The notes below the pieces were generated by a model that was not told the DNA's origin, did not search any database, and saw only the letters and a program-made list of their open reading frames with translations. Source: Candidatus Latescibacterota bacterium (GTDB lineage: Bacteria; Latescibacterota; UBA2968). From it: a DNA stretch of 64,000 nucleotides. Shown in pieces: positions 21,601 through 32,800 of this stretch; the first letter of the stretch is position 1; the number at the start of each line of letters is the position of its first letter. The stretch covers positions 5,152,001 through 5,216,000 of the forward strand of contig OZ241986.1 in NCBI GenBank assembly GCA_965204375.1. Direction: 5' to 3'. The translations under genes and the position numbers were made by a program.

Positions 21601-22431
21601 ATGGACGCGAAAAAATGGTTGCAACACTGCGCCACAGAAGCGCAACTCAGGCAATTTAATGACGAGGGATATTTGATCGTCGAAGACGCCCTATCACCCG
21701 ACCTGCTCGCGCGATTGAATGACGCCGTCGATCGGGTAGAAGCGCGGGAACGCGAGGCAAAAGGACTGAAACCAGATGCATTATTGAAAAAATTCCGAAC
21801 TGTTGTGGAAGACGATGTCTTTCTGGAATTACTCGATAATCCCAAAACATTCCCCTTATTATGGGATATCCTGGGATGGAATATCCAGCTCTATATCTCC
21901 CATCTGATCGTATATCCTCCCGAGCAAAAGAAACGCGAGATACACCAGGGCGGCTGGCATCAAGACGGCGGGAGACCCGTGCCCGAGATGGAACGCCCCC
22001 ACCCGCGTCTATCCCTGAAAATCAGCTACTGGTTAAGCGATGTTGACACGCCAGAACACGGCGCAATGCAAATTGTGCCGCGCAGTCACAAACTGGACAC
22101 AAAACCCGAAGGATGCGATGTGATGCCCGTATGTGTCAAGGCGGGAACAGCCGTGCTTTTTGACCGCAGAATGTGGCACCGGCGGGGAATCAACACATCC
22201 GACGTCACACGCCGCGTGCTATTCTTTGGCTATAGTTATCGCTGGCTGCGGGGACTGGATTACAACCTCATGCCCGAAAATATACTCGGCAAATGCGACC
22301 CCATCCGCCGCCAGCTACTCGGCGATGGCATAGACGTCAAAGGATGGTGGCAGCCCACAGAAGCCGACGTCCCCCTCAAGAGTTGGCTGCGCGAACACAA
22401 AGGCGAAGAATATCTCGAAGCATTGGGATAG
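21601..22431 (+). CDS. Phytanoyl-CoA dioxygenase (PhyH) family protein
   Basis: GWHQDG, YWLSD, GAMQIVPRSH, RMWHR. Confidence 0.88.
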   Translation: MDAKKWLQHCATEAQLRQFNDEGYLIVEDALSPDLLARLNDAVDRVEAREREAKGLKPDALLKKFRTVVEDDVFLELLDNPKTFPLLWDILGWNIQLYISHLIVYPPEQKKREIHQGGWHQDGGRPVPEMERPHPRLSLKISYWLSDVDTPEHGAMQIVPRSHKLDTKPEGCDVMPVCVKAGTAVLFDRRMWHRRGINTSDVTRRVLFFGYSYRWLRGLDYNLMPENILGKCDPIRRQLLGDGIDVKGWWQPTEADVPLKSWLREHKGEEYLEALG

Positions 22432-22433
22432 AC

Positions 22434-22474
22434 AAAAAGAGCCATAACAGATAAATGTTATGGCTCTTTTATTT
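22434..22474. terminator. Bidirectional intrinsic terminator
   Basis: AAAAGAGCCATAACA-GATAAA-TGTTATGGCTCTTTT between convergent genes. Confidence 0.8.
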
Positions 22475-22503
22475 TCCGAGAACTTCCACGGCTATCAAAC
22501 CCC

Positions 22504-23319
22504 TCAATCAAAAGACCACAGCTTGAGAATCGTCTTACACAAAATCCATTCCAGGTCGTCATCATTAAAAAACATGTGGTCGCGTATCAAATCCAGAGAC
22601 TCTTTGTACCCACAACTCCTGAACACATGGGGAAAATCCGTACCCCACATCAAACGTTCGGGACCGTACACATCGTAAATGCGCTTGATCATATCGTGCG
22701 TATCGCGGTGCGGATAGGGCATATTGGATCGCTGACCCACATTGGAAATTTTGACATACACATTGGGATATTGTCCCCAATTGAGCAAATTGGTCAGCAA
22801 GGGTTTGGGATCGGGTTCATCCGCGGGAATACCGGCAATGTGATCAACCACAACATTGACCTCGGGAAACCGGGCAATAATGGGTTCAATGGGCTGATGA
22901 TCTTCAGCCCCGCCAAACAAATTGAAACACAGGCCCAGATCCCGGGCACGCGCCCACAGCGGATCCTTGTCAGATGCAGCCAGACCTTTAGGGTCTCCAT
23001 AACGCGACAGATGAATGCGCATCCCGCCAAAACCCTCTTCCCTGTGCAAACGCTCTAACTCATCCGCAGCATCGGGTGATGTGGGATCCACAAGTGCCTG
23101 TGCCGCGAGCTTATCCGGATACCGCTTGAGACAGTCCGCCACATAGCGATTATCAAAAAGATAGTGGATCGGCTGAACAATAACCGCTTTATCCACTCCT
23201 GCGTCCGCCATCGTCTCAAACAAAAGCTCGACCGAACCCGCTTCATGGGGTCGGCTGGGACCATAGGGATAGGTTTCCTCGTCATCGCTCCACACGTGGA
23301 GATGGGGATCAATAATCAT
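22504..23319 (-). CDS. Amidohydrolase_2 family protein
   Basis: IIDPHLH, VVVDH, VYVKIS, LMWGTDFP. Start at ATG 23319 after GGAGG. Confidence 0.88.
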   Translation of the reverse strand: MIIDPHLHVWSDDEETYPYGPSRPHEAGSVELLFETMADAGVDKAVIVQPIHYLFDNRYVADCLKRYPDKLAAQALVDPTSPDAADELERLHREEGFGGMRIHLSRYGDPKGLAASDKDPLWARARDLGLCFNLFGGAEDHQPIEPIIARFPEVNVVVDHIAGIPADEPDPKPLLTNLLNWGQYPNVYVKISNVGQRSNMPYPHRDTHDMIKRIYDVYGPERLMWGTDFPHVFRSCGYKESLDLIRDHMFFNDDDLEWILCKTILKLWSFD

Positions 23320-23329
23320 GTTAAACCTC

Positions 23330-24241
23330 CTAAAAGCCGTTCGGCGTATCTTGCAAAATCTTCTCAATCCGTTCCAATTCATCATCCGAAAACGCGACAT
23401 CTGCCGCGCCGACGTGTTCCTTGACCTGATCGGAATTTTTCGCGCCAACGAGTACACATGTGACTTCCTCGCGGCGAAGAAGCCAGGCAATGGCGAGTTG
23501 GACCATCGTGATATTTTTCTCGGCAGCAACGGATTTTAACCCATCTGCCACTGCGAGATAACGGGCAAAAAGATCGCCCTGAAAGCGGGGTGAATTCGCG
23601 CGCTCATCGTCTTCGGAAAAGACGTGACCGGGCGCGTATTTGCCCGTGAGCAACCCTTTCCCCAGGGGACTATGTGCGAGGATACCAATACCCGTTTGTC
23701 TGCAAAAATCCAGATCTTCGGCTTCAATATTGCGGTCAAACATATTGTAACGCGGTTGATTCGAATGAAATGGGGCAATATCGTACGCCTGTTGCATCTG
23801 TGCCGCATTGAAGTTGGAAACCCCGATAAAGCGCGTTTTGCCCTGTTCTTGCAGCCGGGCCATGGTTTCCATACTCTCTTCAATTGGATACTGCGGATTC
23901 CAACTGTGGATTTGATACAAATCTACGCAATCGACATCGAGATTTCGCAGGCTATTTTCAATGGCGCTTTCAATATCCCCGCGAGAATACTGACGACTGA
24001 CTTTTGTGGCGAGAAAGCACCGCTCGCGATAGCCATCTTTGAGTGCCCTGCCCAACGTGGCTTCGCTGGTGCGATATGCCTGTGCAGTATCGAGCAGGGT
24101 AATACCGCTGTCAATAGCAGTACGCACAGTATCAATACTATCCCTATCATCCATATTGCCCATACCGCCGCCAATGGGCCAGGCACCCAGGCCAATAACC
24201 GGGATGTCGGCACCGTCTTTGCCTAATTGCCGATGATTCAT
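23330..24241 (-). CDS. Aldo/keto reductase
   Basis: LDTAQAY, LATK, DLYQIH, IGVSNF, SPLGKGLLTGK. Confidence 0.93.
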   Translation of the reverse strand: MNHRQLGKDGADIPVIGLGAWPIGGGMGNMDDRDSIDTVRTAIDSGITLLDTAQAYRTSEATLGRALKDGYRERCFLATKVSRQYSRGDIESAIENSLRNLDVDCVDLYQIHSWNPQYPIEESMETMARLQEQGKTRFIGVSNFNAAQMQQAYDIAPFHSNQPRYNMFDRNIEAEDLDFCRQTGIGILAHSPLGKGLLTGKYAPGHVFSEDDERANSPRFQGDLFARYLAVADGLKSVAAEKNITMVQLAIAWLLRREEVTCVLVGAKNSDQVKEHVGAADVAFSDDELERIEKILQDTPNGF

Positions 24242-24321
24242 AACAGACTCCCTTCTCTGCTTGATATTAAGCGCGTGATGTGATACCTTGATCTCAACAT
24301 GTTAATCAGAACGGATTTTAA

Positions 24322-25491
24322 ATGCCACTAATCAATACACCCAACGAACTCGAAACCCTTGTCAACCGCGCCCTGGACGCGCCCTGTGTGGGCATTGATA
24401 CAGAATTTGTCTGGGAACAAACCTATTATCCGCGCCTGGGCATTGTACAGGTGGGACTTGCAAAAAATGATTGCCACCTGATAGACGCCGTCACATTATC
24501 GGATCTATCACCTCTGGGTGCATTAATAGCAGACCGCCACACCGTGAAAATCTTACACGATGCACAGCAAGACCTCTGGATTTTAAGACGGATAACAAAT
24601 GCTATCCCCTGTAATATATTCGATACGCGTTGTGCAGCGGGTTTTGCGGGCCTGGGTTCAACCCTATCGCTGGGTAATTTGTTGCGCCTGTGTCTCAATA
24701 TACAATTGCCCAAAACAGAAACGCGCACAAACTGGTTGAGGCGACCATTATCGGATAAACAACTCGAATACGCTCTGAATGACGTGCGATATTTGCCCGC
24801 CCTGCGCGAACACCTTCTGACCGACATTCATCGACGAGGCAGAGAAAACTGGTTGGCAGAAGAACTCCGTCAGTACGATATTGCCAAATTGTACGATGAC
24901 CGCGCCCCCGAAGAACAATATACGCGCGTAAAAGGCACGGGAAGACTGTCAAGGCGCGACATGGTCATCGTGCGCGAACTGGCCACCTGGCGCGAACAAA
25001 AGGCGCGACTGGCAGACCGCCCCAGAGCCTGGATCATAAGGGATGATACGCTCGTGCAAATTGCCCGGCGTAAACCGCGATCAATTCAGTCGTTAAAACG
25101 ATTGCGGGGTATCCCGAGATCAACTGTAAATCGGTACGGCAAAAACCTCCTCAACGCTGTGCAACGCGGATTGGCAATCGACGAAAAAAATTGCCCGCCC
25201 ATACCGCCACCTGTGCGGCCCGATCCCCTTGACGATGCCCGTCTCGATCTCGCCATGGCTTTCTTGCGCGGACGATGTCTATCAGAAGGGATCGATCTCG
25301 CAATGGTCGCATCTCGATCAGAAGTCAAAGAATTCATTTCTCCCAAAAGAAATGCGCCGGATAATCCGTTGCACGCGGGATGGCGACACGAATTTTTGGG
25401 CGCAGACCTCACCGCGCTCTTGACTGGCAAACACGCCATTGGCATCGATCCCGACACCCGCTTGCCAAACTTGCTGCGGGATAAGGCATAA
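24322..25491 (+). CDS. rnd: Ribonuclease D (DEDDy exonuclease plus HRDC)
   Basis: IDTEF, HDAQQD, WLRRPLS..QLEYALNDV, HRDC region. Confidence 0.92.
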   Translation: MPLINTPNELETLVNRALDAPCVGIDTEFVWEQTYYPRLGIVQVGLAKNDCHLIDAVTLSDLSPLGALIADRHTVKILHDAQQDLWILRRITNAIPCNIFDTRCAAGFAGLGSTLSLGNLLRLCLNIQLPKTETRTNWLRRPLSDKQLEYALNDVRYLPALREHLLTDIHRRGRENWLAEELRQYDIAKLYDDRAPEEQYTRVKGTGRLSRRDMVIVRELATWREQKARLADRPRAWIIRDDTLVQIARRKPRSIQSLKRLRGIPRSTVNRYGKNLLNAVQRGLAIDEKNCPPIPPPVRPDPLDDARLDLAMAFLRGRCLSEGIDLAMVASRSEVKEFISPKRNAPDNPLHAGWRHEFLGADLTALLTGKHAIGIDPDTRLPNLLRDKA

Positions 25492-25496
25492 TCCGC

Positions 25497-27473
25497 TTAC
25501 CACCCGTGAACAGAATGCCCTTCTTCCGGAAAAAAGGTAAAATCGACAATAGAAGACACACCAACGCCGACGACATAACCGATCACAAGACCAAAGAACA
25601 AAGGGATACAGCGCCGATAGAGCGAAATGCCACCAATGCGCAGAATAATGAGCTTGGATGCCCAGGTCAGAAAAATACTGAAGGCATAGACCCGAGAACC
25701 CGACATCTTCTGAAAAGCCAGACCCAGGGGATGCAAGGGCCACCACGGGATGCGATTGCGAAGGAGCATAAGCAGACCAGCTTGCCCAAACCCAAAAATC
25801 CAGACCGCTATTTTACCCGGATCAAAAACCGTTTTATCCGCGCCAACAATAGCGGAAACCATGCGATCGTACGTGCGAATATTGGACCCGCTAAAACCCG
25901 ACAGCCCCAGGTTTTGACCCGCGTAGTTATATCCCAAATGGACAATAAAAAGACAAGACCCGAAGAACCCCGAGGCAAAAGCCAGCAGAACGATCCAGAA
26001 AACCCATCGGCGGCGGACGTCATTCCCTAAAAGTTTGAGGTGATGAGGCAACGCGGGCCATGCGGGAATGCGCGAATTGCCAAAAAATGCACTCGAATTA
26101 ATCACGCCCAATGCAACGGTATTTTGTTGCGTGAGCGTTGCGGTCCCCGTAAAAATCTCGACAATTTGACCCCCCTTACCTCCAACCGGAAAAAGATAAG
26201 AAAAGCCACTCGCCGCGGTGTATTTTGCCACCGTGAAATACGCTGCATAGAGCAGTAAAAGGTGAAAAAGCGCGAGAAAAGGAGACAAACCCACCGCGAC
26301 GAACCAGCCAAAAACAAAGATAGTCGCCGCAATAAAACCGAGCAATGATAGGCGATAAGATACCAGACCGTCATCTGCCTCTCCCGTCACGGCTGCGCGA
26401 AGAACATCTCGCAAATGGCCTCGCGCGACCCATATTGCCCACACTGCCAGAAAGATGAAAGCACCATGAGATTCTAAAATCAGAATCTCACTCGCTTCTG
26501 CCTGTTGCCCGGAAAGACCCACATTAAATCCCGTGCGAGCCATCACCCCTTCTTTGACAATAGCGATAAGACGAAAAGCCCAGAAACTGAAGAGGATGTC
26601 CAGATTACACATATAAGTAAGGCCCAAAACAGGAGGCAGAATACGCAAATAGAACGATGGAAAATTGCGCGCAATGGGCACTTCTTTGGTCAGATAACCG
26701 TCGTAAATGCCAATTCGAGGCAAGCTAATGGCAAAATAACCGAGAATATTCCAGGCAAAAACACCGAAAACAACAAAAAACCCCACCCAGAAGAGTTTAT
26801 TCCGAAAAATACCGGGTATAACGCGACCGGGTTCATCAAAACCCTCGGTCAATGCAATCGGAAAAGCCGCAAGAGGAAAAGTGAGACGCTCATTCTCCTC
26901 CCATTGCTTTTGAAAAATGACCGCAAGGCACAATCCAGCAACAACAAGGGCAATAGACACGGCGAACCACCAGTGCAGTGAAGCCAGCCATCCGCGCCAG
27001 GGAATGCTCGCGCCATCGGGAAGGCCCTCGTAATACGTGCGAATAATCTCGGGCGTTGCCTGCGGCAAACACCACCACGGCAAAAAGTCAAAAAGGACCT
27101 CTTCCCATCGATTTTCGGGCGAAGCATAATAAAACGGCGTACTGACAATGCCACCCCAATAGGTCGTCCACCCACTTGCCGAAACCGTACCGACAATCCA
27201 CGACATGCTGTAAATAACCAGAAGCTCTGTACTGCGCAAAGCCATGCGCGGCCATGCGAGCTTTAGAATGAGATTGATCACGAGCCACGCGACAAAGGGC
27301 AAAAGCATAGCCATAGACAACTGCGACTTGACCAGCGAAGCAGACCCCAAAATCATGCCCGTGTAATCGCTGTAAATATTGAGCAACGCCGCAGTAGCCG
27401 CACCCAGGACAATGGATCGAATGGTAATACGCCGCGAGCGTGCAGGTTCGGGTTGTGGTTGTGCAAGTGCCAT
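25497..27473 (-). CDS. DUF6785/DUF6784-like polytopic membrane protein (putative peptide transporter)
   Basis: QWEENERLTFPL, WWPLHPLG, GGISLYRR..PLFFGL; many TM segments. Confidence 0.75.
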   Translation of the reverse strand: MALAQPQPEPARSRRITIRSIVLGAATAALLNIYSDYTGMILGSASLVKSQLSMAMLLPFVAWLVINLILKLAWPRMALRSTELLVIYSMSWIVGTVSASGWTTYWGGIVSTPFYYASPENRWEEVLFDFLPWWCLPQATPEIIRTYYEGLPDGASIPWRGWLASLHWWFAVSIALVVAGLCLAVIFQKQWEENERLTFPLAAFPIALTEGFDEPGRVIPGIFRNKLFWVGFFVVFGVFAWNILGYFAISLPRIGIYDGYLTKEVPIARNFPSFYLRILPPVLGLTYMCNLDILFSFWAFRLIAIVKEGVMARTGFNVGLSGQQAEASEILILESHGAFIFLAVWAIWVARGHLRDVLRAAVTGEADDGLVSYRLSLLGFIAATIFVFGWFVAVGLSPFLALFHLLLLYAAYFTVAKYTAASGFSYLFPVGGKGGQIVEIFTGTATLTQQNTVALGVINSSAFFGNSRIPAWPALPHHLKLLGNDVRRRWVFWIVLLAFASGFFGSCLFIVHLGYNYAGQNLGLSGFSGSNIRTYDRMVSAIVGADKTVFDPGKIAVWIFGFGQAGLLMLLRNRIPWWPLHPLGLAFQKMSGSRVYAFSIFLTWASKLIILRIGGISLYRRCIPLFFGLVIGYVVGVGVSSIVDFTFFPEEGHSVHGW

Positions 27474-27613
27474 GATATTCTGAGTAATGATATATTGTGC
27501 ATTTGTCAAGGATGTATTGTACTGAGACAAACCCTGAAAATTGGCTTGCACTTTACCGTTTTGATTGCTATTTTTTCAAAAAAAGCGAACGTCCGCTTGC
27601 AGGAGAAGAATAG

Positions 27614-28639
27614 ATGGGCACACAAATAGAAGTCGGCTCTCTCGAAGACGAAATAGAAACCTGTTTTGAACGCGGCTGGAGCGACGGCTTGCCCGTCGTG
27701 CCACCCACTGAAGAACGCGTATTGCGCATGCTATCTGGAACAACCCGCTCCCCCGACGAATTGGTAGGCATTGTCCCCCCCAATTACAACAAATGCACCG
27801 TTGAAAAAGTCGCCATCAACGCTGTTCTCGCCGGATGCAAACCCGAATATCTCCCCGTCGTACTCGCAGCGGTTGAAGCCGCACTCACAGAGGCCTTCTG
27901 CATGCACGGACTGCTCGCCACCACATTCTTTGCTGGACCCCTGATCGTCGTCAACGGACCGATCACACGCGAAATCGGCATGAATGCGCGGGTCAATGCG
28001 CTCGGGCAGGGCAACCGCGCCAACGCGACCATCGGACGCGCCCTTCAACTCGTCATCCGCAACATCGGCGGCGGCATCCCCGGCGGCATTGATCGCGCCA
28101 TGCTCGGCAACCCGGGCAAATACACCTTCTGCTTTGCCGAACGCGAAGACGATTCGCCCTGGGAATCCCTCGCCGTCGAAAGGGGGTTTGCACCCGACGC
28201 ATCCACAGTCTCGCTCTTTGCAGCCAGCGGTGTCACCCCCATCATGGATCAGGCGTCCCGAGATCCCGACGCGCTCTGTCGATCCTTCGCCGCCTGCCTC
28301 AAAGCCGACGGCCATCCCAAACACGCAAACAGCCCGCCCCCCGTACTGGTCATATCGCCGGAACACACCCGCCGCTATGCAGACGCAGGCTGGTCAAAAA
28401 CCCGATTCCGCGACACATTAAATCAGTACCTCCAACTCCCCGTCGCAGAACTGCTCGAAGGCGCGGGCGGCATCCCGGAAGGCATTTCAAAACAACGGAC
28501 AAAAGACAACGAAACAATACCCAAATTTCGCAACAACACCTTGCACATCGTCCGCGCAGGCGGAGACGCGGGCTTATTCTCTGCCCTCATCAGCAGTTGG
28601 GGAGGCAGCCAATCCCTCACAAAGGAGATTACACCATGA
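27614..28639 (+). CDS. Uncharacterised partner protein of UGSC selenoproteins
   Basis: GWSDGLPVVPPTEERV, AVLAGCKPEY, RANATIGRAL; translationally coupled to the UGSC gene. Confidence 0.75.
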   Translation: MGTQIEVGSLEDEIETCFERGWSDGLPVVPPTEERVLRMLSGTTRSPDELVGIVPPNYNKCTVEKVAINAVLAGCKPEYLPVVLAAVEAALTEAFCMHGLLATTFFAGPLIVVNGPITREIGMNARVNALGQGNRANATIGRALQLVIRNIGGGIPGGIDRAMLGNPGKYTFCFAEREDDSPWESLAVERGFAPDASTVSLFAASGVTPIMDQASRDPDALCRSFAACLKADGHPKHANSPPPVLVISPEHTRRYADAGWSKTRFRDTLNQYLQLPVAELLEGAGGIPEGISKQRTKDNETIPKFRNNTLHIVRAGGDAGLFSALISSWGGSQSLTKEITP

Positions 28640-29151
28640 AAACAACCTTACTCGACCCCACATCCGAGCAAAAACCAGCACAGAGAGAACGGGTAAAACG
28701 CCCGCAATCACTCGACGGACTGACCATCGGGCTTCTCGACATATCCAAAAGTCGGGGCGACGTATTCCTCGACCGCATCGAAACGCATCTCACACAGCGC
28801 AACCTCAAAGTCAACCGCTACACCAAACCCACATTCACGCGCCCGGCACCCATCGAACTCCAGCAACAAATCGCCACCGAGTGCGATGTCGTCGTCGAAG
28901 GCCTGGCGGATTGAGGGTCCTGTACAACGTGCAGTGTGCACGACACGACCAACCTGGAAACGCGCGGCATACCCACCGTCTTTGTCGCATCCGAGCCGTT
29001 CCGAGAAGCAGCCGATGCCCAGTCAACCGCCCTGGGATTTAATCCCGCTCGCGTCTTCGTCGCCCATCCCATTCAGGATCGCACCGACGAAGAAATGCAG
29101 GCACTCGCCGATGGCGCTATTGAACGCATCATGAAAAGAATTAGTAGATAA
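28636..29151 (+). CDS. UGSC-family selenoprotein (UGA at 28912-28914 read as Sec), 171 aa
   Basis: Two ORF-track fragments in the same frame join as ...EGLAD-U-GSCTTCSVHD... Confidence 0.85.
28916..28950 (+). promoter_or_regulatory. Candidate bacterial SECIS element
   Basis: GGTC-C-TGT-[ACAA]-CGTGCA-GTG-TGCACG-ACA-C-GACC hairpin starting right after UGA; the loop begins with G 20 nt downstream of the codon. Confidence 0.65.
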
Positions 29152-29169
29152 AAAAGGATCTACCCCCCA

Positions 29170-29577
29170 ATGAACGACGAAAAACTCACCAAAACAGACC
29201 GAGAATGGCGGGAACAACTCACGCCCGAACAATACTATGTCTGTCGTCAAAAAGGCACGGAACGCGCCTTCACCGGCATGTACTGGGACTGCCGTGAGGA
29301 AGGCGTATATCGCTGTGTGTGCTGCAATGCCGAACTCTTCCGCTCAGAACAGAAATTCGACTCCCACTGCGGATGGCCCAGCTTTTTTGACGCCATTGAC
29401 CCCGACCGCATCAACCAGCACGAAGACCTGAGCTTTGGCATGCGCCGCATCGAGGTTACCTGCGCCCGCTGCGATGCCCACCTGGGCCACATCTTCGACG
29501 ACGGACCCGCCCCCACGGGCCTGCGCTATTGCATCAACTCCGTAGCCATTCATCTGGACCGCGATACAGAATCGTAA
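29170..29577 (+). CDS. msrB: Peptide-methionine (R)-S-oxide reductase
   Basis: [37 protein letters not shown]. Confidence 0.97.
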   Translation: MNDEKLTKTDREWREQLTPEQYYVCRQKGTERAFTGMYWDCREEGVYRCVCCNAELFRSEQKFDSHCGWPSFFDAIDPDRINQHEDLSFGMRRIEVTCARCDAHLGHIFDDGPAPTGLRYCINSVAIHLDRDTES

Positions 29578-29888
29578 TACGTGCGATTTTTTTTCTTCCC
29601 TAAAAACGCGACAAGTTCTACATTAGCAGCCCAACGCTTCATTTCCCCGCAATATTTTGTATATCCCTTATATCCCCTCTCGTGGTCTTTATTTTAGCCA
29701 TTGGTGTATATCATCCATCTGTCATAAAAATTGGACGTTATACCGTCTAGGGAACTCACGTCCGGACAATACTACGTCTGCCGTCAAAGCAGAATCGTGA
29801 AAAGCATCTTTGATCACATTTTGTATCGTCCCATTCGAATCACTTAATTGGCAAAGGTTGAACATCACTATCCCGGAGTCACAAGTCT

Positions 29889-32800
29889 ATGATACGCTCG
29901 CACAGCAGGCCCGTCTTCCTCGCCGTTCTTATCGCCGCACTCTACCTGCTCACCGCCGCCCTGTCTGCAGTGCCTGCACAGGCGGGCGATTGTGCAACAG
30001 TGCAGGCATTCCCCTGTGGTGAAGAAGAATGTGGCGCCACAGTATTCATAAATGAGAATAATGTAAGAATGATCCCTGCCAATGTGAACTGGCTGCAGGC
30101 AACGCCTGCAGGGAACATATTTGACAAGGGAACCACGGTAACACTGAAGATACTCTCCAGCGCACCAAGCAATGCCCATATCTTCTTTCAGGGCAACAAC
30201 TGCACAGGAGTAGGGATCGTGGTAACACCGCCGCAAGGTACTCCACCGCCACAGGATCCACCGCCACAGGATCCACCGCCACAGGATCCACCGCCACAGC
30301 CGCCACCACAGCCGCCACCACAGCCGCCACCACAGCCGCCACCACAGCCGCCACCACCAACCCCTTCGGTGACAATCACAGCGAATCCTACAACCATCAC
30401 GGAAGGCACATCTGCGACATTCACAATCACAGCTAACCCTGCACCGGCAAACACAATAACCGTGAACGTCAACGTCAGTCAGAACGGCACTTTCATCAGT
30501 GGCTCAACAGGCACGCACACGGTCATCATCGGCACCTCCGGCACCGCCACATTGATAGCCAATACTGTAAATGATAATACAGATGAGCCGAATGGCTCGA
30601 TAACAGCCCAAGTGCAAGGTGGAACAGGCTATACAGTAGGCTCTCCATCTTCAGCAACCGTCAATGTCAACGACAACGACGTATCTGGAGGAGGGAGTCA
30701 ACCGCCGATAGTGACCCCACCACCACAACAACCACAGCCACCGCCACCACCACCGCCAACCCCTTCGGCGACAATCACAGTGGGGACCTCACCTATCACT
30801 GAAGGCACGGATGCGACGTTCACAATCACAGCCTCCCCTGCTCCGTCAGCCACAATAACCGTGAGGGTGAATGTCACTCAAACGGGTAGTGTCCTCAGCG
30901 GCACACCGCCTTCAACCGTCACCATCGGCACCTCTGGCACCGCCACACTGACGGTAGCAACAGATGACGATAATACAGATGAGCCAAATGGCTCAATAAC
31001 AGCCCAAGTGCAAAGCGGAACAGGCTATACAGCAGGCACTCCATCCTCGGCAACCGTCAACGTAAACGACAACGATATTCCAAAGGTGACAATCACAGCA
31101 AATACGTCACCCGTCACCGAAGGTACGGATGCGACATTCACAATCACAGCGAACCCTGCACCTACAACCTCATTAAACATGATGGTGGATGTCTCTCAGA
31201 CCGGCAACTTCATCAGCGGTTCACCGGGCATGCGCTTGGTCACCATCAACGCCAACAATACCACCGCCACACTGACAGTAGAAACGGACAACGATAATAC
31301 AGATGAGCCAAATGGCTCGATAACAGCGCAAGTGCAAAGCGGAACAGGCTACACAGTAGGCTCTCCATCTTCAGCACCCGTCACCGTCAATGACAACGAC
31401 ATTCCGCAGATGACAATCACAGCGAATCCTACAACCATCACTGAAGGCACGGCTGCGACATTCACAATCACAGCGAACCCCAGACCGGCAACCGCAATAA
31501 CTGTGAACGTAAGCGTCACCCAAACCGGCAAGGTCTTCAGGGGCACACCGCCTTCAACTGTCACCTTCCGCGCCAACCAGACCACCGCTACCCTCACAGT
31601 AGCAACAGATGACGACAATGTAGATGAAATCGCCAGCCAGGTAACAGCGCAAGTGCAAGCCGGAACAGGCTATACAGTAGGCTCTCCATCTTCAGCAACC
31701 GTTACCGTCAATGACAACGACATTCCGCAGATGACAATCACAGCGAATCGCGCAAGCGTCACTGAAGGCACGGCTGCGACATTCACAATCACAGCGAACC
31801 CCAGACCGGCAACCGCAATAACTGTGAACGTAAGCGTCACCCAAACCGGCGATATCCTCAGCGGCACACCGCCCTCAACAATCACCATCAGCACCAAAAA
31901 TACCACCCTCACAGTCGCAACGGATGACGACGACGTGCGCGAATCCGATGGTACCGTAATGGCACAGATAACGACAGGTGTGGGCTACACAGTGGGCACA
32001 CCATCCTCGGCAAGCGTCACCGTAAACGACAACGACACACCTCCGAACTCGCCAGCAACAGGTGCCCCAATCATCATCGGCAAACCCGAGTTGGGCGAAA
32101 CCCTAAAAGCAGATGTCTCCAACATCCGGGATGCCAATGGCCTCACCAATGTGTCATACGCCTATCAGTGGATCCGCGTAATCGGCAGCATGGAGACCGA
32201 GATCTCCGGTGCCACTGGCTCGACGTACAAAGTGGTAATAGCCGATAGTGGTTACCGGCTAAAAGTTCGGGTAAACTTCAACGACGATTTGGGCTATCCC
32301 GAAGAATTGGAAAGCGCGTTGACAGCGATGGTGGTCATACCGGGCGTGACGCCGGTCATAACAATCACAGCGGACCCCCCAGGTGTCACCGAAGGCGAGG
32401 CTGCGACATTCACAATCACAGCAACCCCTGCACCTACAATCACACTCACCGTGAACGTGAACGTAACCGAAACCGCCAAAATGCTCAGCGGCACACCGCC
32501 TTCAACAGTCACCATCAGCACCGGCCAAACCACCCTGACAGTAGCAACAGACGACGATAAAAAGGACGAACGCGCCAGTGTCGTAACCGCGCAAGTACGA
32601 ACCGGAGCAGGCTATGTAGTAGGCACACCATCCTCATCCAGAGTACTTGTCCTGGATAACGACTTGCCACCCACGATAGACGCAACCCTGAGCAGCCTGA
32701 CCATCAACCCCGGCGTTATGACTCCGACATTCGCCCCGGAGACATTGTCCTACACCTCCTTAGTGCCGAACGCGACCTCAATGGTAACAGCCACAGCAAC

